Below, piece after piece: positions 1-9,030 of a stretch of 62,566 nucleotides of DNA. This stretch comes from Thermodesulfobacteriota bacterium. GTDB taxonomy: Bacteria > Desulfobacterota > Binatia > UTPRO1. Numbering within the stretch: position 1 is the first letter of the stretch; each line of letters starts with the position of its first letter. The stretch is taken from contig DAIQBH010000006.1 in assembly GCA_036781285.1 (NCBI GenBank), positions 1 through 62,566 on the forward strand, written 5' to 3'. Below the pieces are notes generated by a model. The model did not search any database, had not been told where the DNA came from, and worked only from the letters and a program-made list of their open reading frames with translations. The translations under genes were made by a program, and so were the position numbers.

Positions 1-863
<863 letters not shown>

Positions 864-867
<4 letters not shown>

Positions 868-1898
868 CCGGTGACTCGATGGCCCCGGCTGCCTACGTCG
901 ACGGCGACGAGGCGCTCGCAGAGGGACCAGAGCGCGGCGCGCTCCTCGGCGGTTTCCCGGGTGAAGGGCACGACATGGGTGCGCCGCGGCTCGCGATCGA
1001 GAAAGAAGCGCCCGGAGTAGTCGCGGCCGCGGGTACTCGCCGCCAGCCACACGATCGTATCGGCCCCCTCGGCCGGGGTGCGGAGGAAGGGCCGCGTCAG
1101 TCGATGGAAGCCGGGGAGCGAGGTGCGGACGCCGGGGGTGTCGGCCCATCCCGGATGCATGGCGTTGACGACGACGGCGCTGGAGGCGAGCTCCTCCGCG
1201 AAGAGCTCGGCCAGGACGACCTGCGCGCGCTTCGTTTCGGCATAGGCCCTGACGCCGTCGTAGGGGCGCGTGCGCCAATCGACGTCGCCGAGAGCGAGTC
1301 GCTGGGTGTACATGCCGCCCGAGGAGACCCAGATGACCCGGCCGTCGGCGGACGCCGCGAGCGCGTCGCGCAGCAGCCGGGTGAGGAGGAACGGACCGAC
1401 GACGTGGGTGGCGAACGTGAGCTCGAGCCCGTCGGCCGTCTCGATGCGGGCGGCCGGCAGGAGGCCCGCGTTGTGGATGAGCACGTCCACCGGCGCCGCG
1501 CGCAGACGCGCCGCCGCCGATCGCACCGCCGCCAGCGACGAGACGTCGAGCACGTCGGCCGACACGCCGGGGTTGCCGGTCGCGGCACGCATCGCGGCGG
1601 CCGCGGCGTTCCCGCGCTCCGCGTTCCGGCAGAGCAGGACGACCGTCGCCCCGAGGCGGGCGAGCGCGAGCGCGGCCTCGTAGCCGAGGCCCGAGTTGCC
1701 GCCGGTCACGAGACAGCGCCGTCCCGTCAGATCGACGCGGAGATCGTCGGGATCGAAGGTCCACGCGTGGATGCGGAAGCCCGGGCGCGCGAAGGACAGC
1801 GCGATCGTTGGATCGACGATCGCACCGAGGGCGCGGCCGAGCAGGCGCTGCGCGTCGCGGGCGCGCTCGGTCACGAAGTCCGCGAGCCCGGTGCTCAC
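864..1898 (-). CDS. Short-chain dehydrogenase/reductase (DHRS12/retinol dehydrogenase-like)
   Basis: TGGNSGLG, HNAG, YAETK (YxxxK), MHPGWADTPG. GTG start inferred from a GTGA overlap with the upstream stop. Confidence 0.88.
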
Positions 1899-2644
1899 GC
1901 CGAGGCTCGCGTGCGGACGGTCGCGAGCCCGCCGTCGACCCCGAGGATCTGCCCCGTCAGCCAGCTCTGGGCCGGATCGAGCAACCAGGCGAGCGCCGAG
2001 GCCACCTCCTCGGGTTCCCCCACGCGCCCGAGGGGGTGCATGGCGCTCGAGGTCTTGAGCGCGGCCGCGCTGGCCGTGAGGCGCGCCGTGAGCGGCGTGC
2101 GCACCAGGCCCGGGGCGACACAGTTCACGCGAATGCCGTGGGAGGCATACGATGCCGCGGCCGCGAGCATCAGCCCCGTGACTCCGGCTTTGGCGGCGGC
2201 GATGGCCTCGTGGTTCGCGAGGCCGACGCGCGCGGCGGCGGAGGACACCAAGGCGATCGACCCTCCGTGACCCATCATCGCGCGCGCCGCGGCGCGCACC
2301 GTCGCGAAGGCGGAGGTCAGATTGGTTGCGAGCACGGCATTCCATTCTTCCAGCGTCGTGAGATGCGCCGGCTTCAGCAGCAGCGAGCCGACGCAATTGG
2401 CGACGCCGTCGATGCCCCCGTGGCGCTCCACCCCGACCTGCACGCACCGCTCCACGGCCGCGAGGTCGGTCGCCTCGAAGCGCTGCGGGGTCGCGCCGGT
2501 CTCCGCGGCGAGCGCCGCGAGACGATCGCCGTCACGGCCCGCGATGACGAGCCGCGCCCCGCTCGCGGCGAGCCGGCGCGCGAGCGCGGAGCCGATCCCG
2601 CCCGTGGCGCCGAGAATGACGTAGCTCGGAGGCGACTGGCTCAT
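1895..2644 (-). CDS. Classical SDR oxidoreductase (FabG/pteridine reductase-like)
   Basis: GATGGIG, VSS, VNCVAPGLVRT, TGQILGVDGG. The usual YxxxK reads HEAIAAAK, with Ile in place of Tyr. Confidence 0.88.
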   Translation of the reverse strand: MSQSPPSYVILGATGGIGSALARRLAASGARLVIAGRDGDRLAALAAETGATPQRFEATDLAAVERCVQVGVERHGGIDGVANCVGSLLLKPAHLTTLEEWNAVLATNLTSAFATVRAAARAMMGHGGSIALVSSAAARVGLANHEAIAAAKAGVTGLMLAAAASYASHGIRVNCVAPGLVRTPLTARLTASAAALKTSSAMHPLGRVGEPEEVASALAWLLDPAQSWLTGQILGVDGGLATVRTRASA

Positions 2645-2648
2645 GCCG

Positions 2649-3290
2649 TCATCGGCTCCGCAGCGATTCGATCGCGAGCGCGCGGATGCCGTGGTCGGTG
2701 GCGAGCACCCCGCGCACCGCCGTCGTGACCATGTCGGCGCCGTGCTTGGCGACGCCCCGCATCCGCATGCACATGTGCTCGCCCTGCACGACCGCGGCCG
2801 CCCCTCGCGCGCCCGCCTCCGCCATCAACGCGTCGGCGATTTCTGCGCAGAGCCGCTCCTGGATCTGCGGCCGGCGCGCGTAGTCGTCGACCATGCGGGC
2901 GATCTTGCTGAGCCCCACCACCTCGCCGTTCCCGGGCAGATAGGCGACGTGGGCGCGACCGGTGAAGGGCAGCAGGTGGTGCTCGCACATGCTGAAGATC
3001 TCGATGTCGCGCACCATCACGAGGTCGTCGGCTCCGCCCTCATGGGCAAAGGTCCGTGTCAGGTGCCGCATCGGGTTTTCGTGGAGCCCGGAAAAGATCT
3101 CGCGGTAGGCGCGCGCCACGCGTTGCGGCGTGTCGGCGAGACCGTCGCGGTCGGGATCCTCGCCGAGCCCGAGGAGCAGCTCCCGTACGGCATGCGCGAT
3201 CCGCGCCTCGTCGAATGGGCGGCGCTGCGGGCCGGGGGCTCCGGCGCGGATGTCCTCGAGCTTGGTGGCGACGTTCATCGATGGCGTCAT
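2649..3290 (-). CDS. folE: GTP cyclohydrolase I
   Basis: [49 protein letters not shown]. Start at 3290 fits the GAGG spacing; 3296 is an alternative. Confidence 0.96.
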   Translation of the reverse strand: MTPSMNVATKLEDIRAGAPGPQRRPFDEARIAHAVRELLLGLGEDPDRDGLADTPQRVARAYREIFSGLHENPMRHLTRTFAHEGGADDLVMVRDIEIFSMCEHHLLPFTGRAHVAYLPGNGEVVGLSKIARMVDDYARRPQIQERLCAEIADALMAEAGARGAAAVVQGEHMCMRMRGVAKHGADMVTTAVRGVLATDHGIRALAIESLRSR

Positions 3291-3339
3291 CGTCATCCTC
3301 GTGTCTGGCGTCGTTCGAGCGTGGTGGGGATCCAGTCGG

Positions 3340-3377
3340 GGTGGTGGCTCTTCGTCGATCCGCGACGAGCCACCACC
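3340..3377. other. GC-rich intergenic hairpin between DUF378 and folE (possible mRNA stabiliser)
   Basis: GGTGGTGGCTC (3340-3350) pairs with GAGCCACCACC (3367-3377). No U-tract follows. Confidence 0.45.
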
Positions 3378-3398
3378 GAGCTCTCGCGTGGCTGGGAC

Positions 3399-3623
3399 TC
3401 AGGCAGGACCGACGTCCACCCCCCACCGCTCCTGGATGCGGCGCAGGTTGACGACCTGGTAGAGTGCCGCCGACCCCACGGCGACGTAGGCGAGCCGAGT
3501 GAATGCCCCGGCGTCTCCGCCGAGAAGCCCCGCGATGGGGTTGAGTCCGAGGAGGCCGACGAGGCCCCAGTTGATCCCGCCGATCACGACCAGAACCGCG
3601 GCGCTGACATCGAGTGTTCTCAC
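3399..3623 (-). CDS. DUF378 small membrane protein
   Basis: VLVVIGGINWGLVGL...RLAYVAVGSAALY is the DUF378 pattern. GTG start follows a GAAGGGAG RBS. Confidence 0.85.
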   Translation of the reverse strand: MRTLDVSAAVLVVIGGINWGLVGLLGLNPIAGLLGGDAGAFTRLAYVAVGSAALYQVVNLRRIQERWGVDVGPA

Positions 3624-3644
3624 GAGCGATCTCCCTTCGTTCTG

Positions 3645-3700
3645 AAAACGTTCAAAACGTTCACATGGACATGGATACGCGTGAGGACTGGTTCTGTCAA
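3645..3700 (-). promoter_or_regulatory. Putative sigma70-like promoter of the DUF378-folE operon, overlapped by direct repeats (candidate operator)
   Basis: Minus strand TTGACA (3700-3695), 17 bp, TATCCA (3677-3672). Plus strand AAAACGTTC x2 (3645-3662) and CATGGA x2 (3664-3675). Confidence 0.5.
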
Positions 3701-3787
3701 TGCCGGCGCTTCCCCCGGGGGGAGGCCGCATTTCCGCCGTTATTCATGGGCTTGTGTAACGGACTTCGGTGCCCTAGAAGGCCGTCG

Positions 3788-4693
3788 ATGCCGAGGCCGC
3801 CAAAACATCCAAAACGGCCGGCAAAGGCCAGCCAGGATTTCCTCTCGACCCAGGCCTTGGCCCGGGCGGTCGGCGTGAGCGAATCGTCGATCAAGCGCTG
3901 GGTCGACGACGGCACCATCCGTTCGACGCGCACCGTCGGCGGGCATCGTCGCATTCGACGGACCGACGCGGTCCGCTTCGTGCGGGCCACGCGTGCGACG
4001 GTGGTCGTCCCGCAGATCCTCGGACTCGCCGGTCCCGTCGACCCGAAGTCCATGACGGTCGCCGGCGCCGGCGACGTGCTCACGGATCTCCTGATGCGGG
4101 GGGCGGAGCACGAGGCGCGTGCGGTGCTCGAGAGTCTCTATCTGGCGGGAGAGTCTTTCGCGGCGATCCTCGACGGTCCGTTCCGGAGCGCGCTCGACCA
4201 TATCGGTGCGATCTGGTGCCACGACCGCACCGGCATCCTCCTCGAGCATCGCGCGGTGCAGATCTGCGTGCGCGCGCTGAGCCAGCTGAGCACGCTGCTG
4301 CCGGCGTCTGCCGTCGCCCCTGCGGCCGTCGGGAGCGCGGTGGCCGGCGATCCCTACCTCCTGCCGTCGATGGCGGCGGCACTGGTACTCGCCGGCGAGG
4401 GATTCGACGCCGTCAATCTCGGCGCCGACCTCCCCGCGACGAGCCTCGCCGAGGCCATGACGCGGCTCGATGCCCGGCTCGTCTGGGTGAGCGTGAGCAC
4501 CGCGACCGACGGACCCGCGCTCGGGCGGGAGCTCGCGTCCCTCGTCGAGGCGGCGGCGGCGCGGTCCACGCACGTCGTGGTCGGAGGACGCGCGGCGACG
4601 AAGGTGCCGCTGAACGCCGCGGCAAATCTCTTCGTCGGAAGCTCCATGGGCGAGCTCGCCGCGTTCGCTCGCGGACTCCTCGCGAACGGCTAG
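3788..4693 (+). CDS. MerR/HTH_17 plus cobalamin-binding-like transcriptional regulator (CarH/LitR-like)
   Basis: LARAVGVSESSIKRWVDDG..RTVGGHRR HTH; W-x9-EH cap motif; Rossmann elements LGADLP, WVSVS, VVVGGR. Confidence 0.88.
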   Translation: MPRPPKHPKRPAKASQDFLSTQALARAVGVSESSIKRWVDDGTIRSTRTVGGHRRIRRTDAVRFVRATRATVVVPQILGLAGPVDPKSMTVAGAGDVLTDLLMRGAEHEARAVLESLYLAGESFAAILDGPFRSALDHIGAIWCHDRTGILLEHRAVQICVRALSQLSTLLPASAVAPAAVGSAVAGDPYLLPSMAAALVLAGEGFDAVNLGADLPATSLAEAMTRLDARLVWVSVSTATDGPALGRELASLVEAAAARSTHVVVGGRAATKVPLNAAANLFVGSSMGELAAFARGLLANG

Positions 4694-4977
4694 CGCACCT
4701 GTCGCATACCCCCGCGGAAGTACGTCGTCTCGCAGTCATCCTCTCGCGCGTCTTCGCGCTGTTCCTTGCATCATGAGCCCGACGTCCACCGGCGTCCGCC
4801 CCTGAGCGATGGGCGCGGCGCCGCGGTGTCTCGCGAAGAGCCCCTCGATCAGGCGCCGAAGAGCATTCCGGCACGCCATCTTCGTGGCAGTACGGCCACC
4901 AACTGCCCTGACTATCCCTGTCCGCGCAGGGTATCAGGGGACTGCGTGTCGCGTGCGACGTCACATAAACCAGAGGC

Positions 4978-5367
4978 ATGCAGAGTGACGCAGACAAACG
5001 CCACAGGCACGAGGTCCTCGTCGTCGAAGATGATCGCGATTTTCGGGATGCTCTCCAGATGCTCCTCACGGTCCATGGGCTGGAAGTTTTCTGCGCCATG
5101 GACGGACAGGAGGCATTGGACATCCTGCATCGCGGGCTCCATCCCTGCGTGATCCTCCTCGACATGATGATGCCCCGGATGTCGGGGGCCGAGTTCCGAA
5201 TCGCGCAACAGCACGACCCGGAGCTGGAGACGATTCCCGTTGTCATCCTATCCGCGAGCGCCAACCGTGAGGAGGCGCAGTCGATGGGGATTTCCGAGTT
5301 CATGAAGAAGCCGATCGACGTCGATCAGTTGGTCGAGACCGTCTCCCGCCATTGCACACCGGCGTAA
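4978..5367 (+). CDS. Stand-alone response regulator receiver (CheY-like)
   Basis: VLVVEDD, ILLDMMMPRMSG, ILSAS, MKKPID. Confidence 0.92.
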   Translation: MQSDADKRHRHEVLVVEDDRDFRDALQMLLTVHGLEVFCAMDGQEALDILHRGLHPCVILLDMMMPRMSGAEFRIAQQHDPELETIPVVILSASANREEAQSMGISEFMKKPIDVDQLVETVSRHCTPA

Positions 5368-5679
5368 GAGAGGCCCGGCGCGGCCTGCCTATTTACGCCC
5401 CAACGCCTGATCAACCACACGCTTGAGCGTCTCCACGCCTGGGTAATAGCGATCACGATGAGGCCGCTTCGGAGGGCCGCGTTCGCCGGCGGCGCCGGAT
5501 CCCGAGAGCGGCTCGTCGCGGTAGTCACTAAGTGCAGCATCCCCGGTAGCTTCGGTTCACGCCGGCATCGTGCACGCAACGCCACGGCAAGGAGGGTCGT
5601 GGGCGCCAGCGCAACGCGCCGCAGTCGTCGAGACGCCCGATCCAACCGCAAGCCTCGCCCGAGCCGTCACGAATCTTCG

Positions 5680-5709
5680 TTGACACCGCTCTCTACCGGT
5701 TCCTACAGT
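5680..5709 (+). promoter_or_regulatory. Putative sigma70 promoter for the secreted-protein genes
   Basis: TTGACA (5680-5685), 18 bp, TACAGT (5704-5709), upstream of an AGGAGG RBS and the ATG at 5792. Confidence 0.45.
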
Positions 5710-5744
5710 CGAAGGGCGTCGAGGCCCAGGTCAGACGCATCGCA

Positions 5745-5774
5745 GCACCAAATCGAAACGCACCAAATCGAAAC
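5745..5774 (+). repeat. 15-bp tandem direct repeat
   Basis: GCACCAAATCGAAAC x2, exact. Confidence 0.9.
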
Positions 5775-5791
5775 CGCAGGAGGGGTGAATC

Positions 5792-6328
5792 ATGACCAGG
5801 TTCGCATTGATCGTTGCCGTGCTTCTTCTGAGTCAAGCAAGCGCGGTGTCGGCACAGACGGCGTGTCCGACCGACGGGTCGTGCCCCACGGATGTGGGTG
5901 CCTGTCTGGCGGAGTCGTGCCCGTGTGACCGCCCCGGGAACGCTTGGAAGAACCACGGCCAGTACGTGAAGTGCGTCGTCCATCTTCGGAACGACCTTCG
6001 CAATGCCGGCTGTCTGGATGCGGAAGCCAAGCGCACCATCGCGAGCTGCGCGGCGCGTTCGACGTGCGGCAAGGAGGGCGCTGTGTTGTGCTGCACGTAC
6101 GACACGAGCGCGACCTGCAGTGACGCGACGCCGGGTAACACGATCGCAGAGGGTGTCTGCAGCAGCGACGGCACGACCGCGTGCGATACAGCCACCGACT
6201 GCATTACGGTCGTCAAGGGTCCGAAGGTCGTCCGTGGCGGCGAAGAGGCGTGTGTGGCGAGGGGCGGCACGCCCATCGGCACCGGCAGCGTTTGCGGCGG
6301 TTGCCCGGAAGTGCCGCCGGCACCCTGA
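5792..6328 (+). CDS. Secreted Cys-rich hypothetical protein with a WKNHGQYVKCV motif
   Basis: Signal peptide MTRFALIVAVLLLSQASAVSA, AGGAGG RBS, many Cys. Confidence 0.8.
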   Translation: MTRFALIVAVLLLSQASAVSAQTACPTDGSCPTDVGACLAESCPCDRPGNAWKNHGQYVKCVVHLRNDLRNAGCLDAEAKRTIASCAARSTCGKEGAVLCCTYDTSATCSDATPGNTIAEGVCSSDGTTACDTATDCITVVKGPKVVRGGEEACVARGGTPIGTGSVCGGCPEVPPAP

Positions 6329-6405
6329 AGGACGCACATAGACCTCGAAGGGGCAGAGCCGTCGCGGCCTGCCCCTCCGACAACGCGCTCAGAAGGAGAT
6401 TTCCA

Positions 6406-7530
6406 ATGTTCCGCTATCTCACGACACTCGCCGTTCATGCCGCAGTTGCCTTGGCGATCGGAGCCTCTCCGAGCTTTGCGGCCGCCGACCCGAACCTCGT
6501 CTGCCACAAAACCGTCGTGAAGCAGCTCGAGAAGTTCAAGAAGACGCACCTCAAGGTCTACCGGAACTGCATCGACAAGCTGAATCGGAATCTCATTCCG
6601 GGCCCATGCCTCGACGCGAAATCAGCGCTCAAGCTATCGGCCACCCAAATCAAAGTCGCCGGGGCGATCGCCAAGAAGTGCAACCCGACCATCCTCGCGA
6701 CACTCGGCTATCGGTCTGATTGCCAGTACGGCGCCTCGACGGCGGGCGTCGGCGGCACGTGCTTCGCGCTGCCCGCAAGCACGGCAACCGAGTTTGCCAA
6801 CTGCATGATGTGCTGGAAGGGCGCCGAGTTCTCCCGCTACGTCGGGACGCTGTACGCATCGCACGCGACGGAGACTTGTGGCGTCGCGCTCGACGACACC
6901 TCGGCCACCTGCTCTGCGGTCGGCTGCACGAGCCCGCTGCCGACGCAGCGCAACCTCGGGGACACCGGCGAGAACGACTGTCAGCGGATGATGTCCAAGG
7001 CTGCGCTCAACTATCTTCTGAAGCGGGAGAAGATTCTCGACAAGTGCATGTTGCTTGGGAACAGCTACGCAACCTGCCTCGCCGACGTGAAGGTCGACCT
7101 CCAACTTCAGAAGGCCGAGATCCAGAAGCAGACGCTCATCAACAAGTTCTGCAACAACTTCACACCCGTCGCCGATCCGCCTTTTTGTTGCCGCACCGGC
7201 GGCCCGATGCAGCAGTGCGTCGCCGCCGCGACTCGCCAGGAGTGTCTCGACTTGGGTGGGACACACAGCGTCGCGGAAGATCGCGTCTGCGACATGGGCT
7301 CGTGCGCGAACATTCCGGGTCCCGGCAAATCCCTCACCTGGTGGGAGCATTGCCCCAACAACGACCCTTGTCCCGGACCGACGCTCGGCGACATCGACGG
7401 CGTGATCCAGTGTGTGGACGACGTGGCCGACGGCGTGGTGAGCAATCTCCTCTGCTTGCAGTTTCCGAACGGCGCGGCGTGCGCGACACCTGCGCCGATG
7501 GCGACGCCGACCGCGACGCCGACCCCGTAA
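6406..7530 (+). CDS. Secreted Cys-rich protein with two Cx21C helical repeats and a Pro/Thr tail
   Basis: AAGGAG RBS, ATG at 6406, signal peptide ending ASPSFA, ATPAPMATPTATPTP C-terminus. Confidence 0.82.
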   Translation: MFRYLTTLAVHAAVALAIGASPSFAAADPNLVCHKTVVKQLEKFKKTHLKVYRNCIDKLNRNLIPGPCLDAKSALKLSATQIKVAGAIAKKCNPTILATLGYRSDCQYGASTAGVGGTCFALPASTATEFANCMMCWKGAEFSRYVGTLYASHATETCGVALDDTSATCSAVGCTSPLPTQRNLGDTGENDCQRMMSKAALNYLLKREKILDKCMLLGNSYATCLADVKVDLQLQKAEIQKQTLINKFCNNFTPVADPPFCCRTGGPMQQCVAAATRQECLDLGGTHSVAEDRVCDMGSCANIPGPGKSLTWWEHCPNNDPCPGPTLGDIDGVIQCVDDVADGVVSNLLCLQFPNGAACATPAPMATPTATPTP

Positions 7531-7546
7531 TCAGTCGCGAACGGGC

Positions 7547-7581
7547 GGATCAGGCGGGAGCTGCTCACTCCCGCCTGATCC
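7547..7581. terminator. Hairpin between convergent genes (possible bidirectional terminator)
   Basis: Perfect 14-bp stem GGATCAGGCGGGAG / CTCCCGCCTGATCC with a 7-nt loop. No long U-tract. Confidence 0.6.
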
Positions 7582-7616
7582 ACGTCGTCGGGTGAGATGG
7601 CGTCGCTACGGCGCGC

Positions 7617-8969
7617 TCACTGGAACGGAAGCTCCGGGGCTTGGAGGCGCACGAGCTCGTCGAACATGGCTCGACAGGCGGCGGCGTTGGGCGGGCTCGC
7701 GGGGTCGTTGGTGAGAGCTTCGAGCGCATAGGTGCGATCACCCTTCAGGGCCGCCTCGACGATCAGCTCTTGGAGCGGGATCTGCGTCGCGATGTGACTC
7801 GCGATCGGCTCGGCAATCGGCGGCATGGCGTCGGGATGGATGCCGGCGCCGTCGACCTCGGCTCCGACCTCGACGATGGCTCCTGCGGCGACGTTTGGAA
7901 CGTAGCCTCGGTTGGGGACGTTCACCGCCAGGAGCCGCTTGCGGCGACCCGTCCACATCGCGGCGATGATCGGGATCACTTCTTCCAGACTGTGCCCGAT
8001 CTTTTGGGTCGGCAACGGCAGGCGTGTGTTGGCGATGCGCAGCGTCAGTTTCTCGATCGCCTTGTCGATGCGTTCGAACTGCTCGACGTACGGCGGGTGA
8101 AAGCCGATCTCGTGGGCGAACGGCAAGTACTCGCCAATGTGACTGTCGACCGAGCAGGGAATGAGCCCGTAGGTGCGCACCATGTGCGCCACCACTGGCG
8201 CGTAGAGCTGATCCGCGAGCATCGCGAGCACGGGACGGCGGGCGACGGCGCGGGCCAAGCGCGTCAGCGTCGGCCCGAAGTCGAATACCTTGCGAGCGAA
8301 CAGCGCACGCACCCGCGGCATCAAGTCCTCTCCCGTACGCTTGTGGCGGAGCTCGGTGAAGAACGTGAAATGATTGATGCCGGATGCGCGGGCATCGATG
8401 TCGCGCGCGCGGATGCCGAGCAGTCGCCCCAAGCGCACCACGCCGATCGGCATCTCGTGGCACATGCCGACGTTGCGCAGCGTGGTGGCGCGGTTGATCG
8501 CCAGCGTCACGCGACTCATCGGATTCGAGAGGTTGATGAAGAACGCGCCAGGGCAATAGCGGGCGACGCTCGCGCAGATGCCGAGCGTGGTCTTGATGCT
8601 GCGCAGAGAGTGAAAGACGGCGCCGGGGCCTCCGTTCTCGCCGTTCACTTGGGTGGCCCCGTACCGGCGCGGGATCTCGTAGTCTTGGCGCCAGTAGCGA
8701 AACCGGCCGATCTCGGCGCTGCTGATGCAGAAATCGGCCCCTTCGAGTGCACGCGCCGGATCGGTGGTCGCCTCCAGCGTAATGGGGAGGCCACAGCCCG
8801 TGTTGAGCCTGGCGGCGAATCGATGGGCGCGCTCCAGGCGGTCGGGGTTGATGTCGTGCAGGACGAGTCGACTGCCGGCCAGTGCCGGCGTGTGAATGAC
8901 GTCGTTTGCCATCGTCGGGCCGAACGAGAGCCCGCCGGCGCCGATCAAGGTGATGTGTGGTCCCGCCAC
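7617..8969 (-). CDS. Glycoside hydrolase family 4 (NAD+/Mn2+-dependent, alpha-galactosidase-like)
   Basis: ITLIGAGG, LHDIN, ENGGPGA, NLSNPM, GMCHE, GINHF, NVPNRGYVPN. Confidence 0.93.
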   Translation of the reverse strand: MAGPHITLIGAGGLSFGPTMANDVIHTPALAGSRLVLHDINPDRLERAHRFAARLNTGCGLPITLEATTDPARALEGADFCISSAEIGRFRYWRQDYEIPRRYGATQVNGENGGPGAVFHSLRSIKTTLGICASVARYCPGAFFINLSNPMSRVTLAINRATTLRNVGMCHEMPIGVVRLGRLLGIRARDIDARASGINHFTFFTELRHKRTGEDLMPRVRALFARKVFDFGPTLTRLARAVARRPVLAMLADQLYAPVVAHMVRTYGLIPCSVDSHIGEYLPFAHEIGFHPPYVEQFERIDKAIEKLTLRIANTRLPLPTQKIGHSLEEVIPIIAAMWTGRRKRLLAVNVPNRGYVPNVAAGAIVEVGAEVDGAGIHPDAMPPIAEPIASHIATQIPLQELIVEAALKGDRTYALEALTNDPASPPNAAACRAMFDELVRLQAPELPFQ

Positions 8970-9030
8970 GTCCCGGCTCTGCCAGAAGTCGCGACCGGGG
9001 ACTAGCCCGTCCGGTAGTTACGGAAGCAGG

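Noticed and set aside
3624-3787. Cobalamin riboswitch near the B12-domain regulator
   Set aside because: No recognisable B12-box or conserved riboswitch core by eye.
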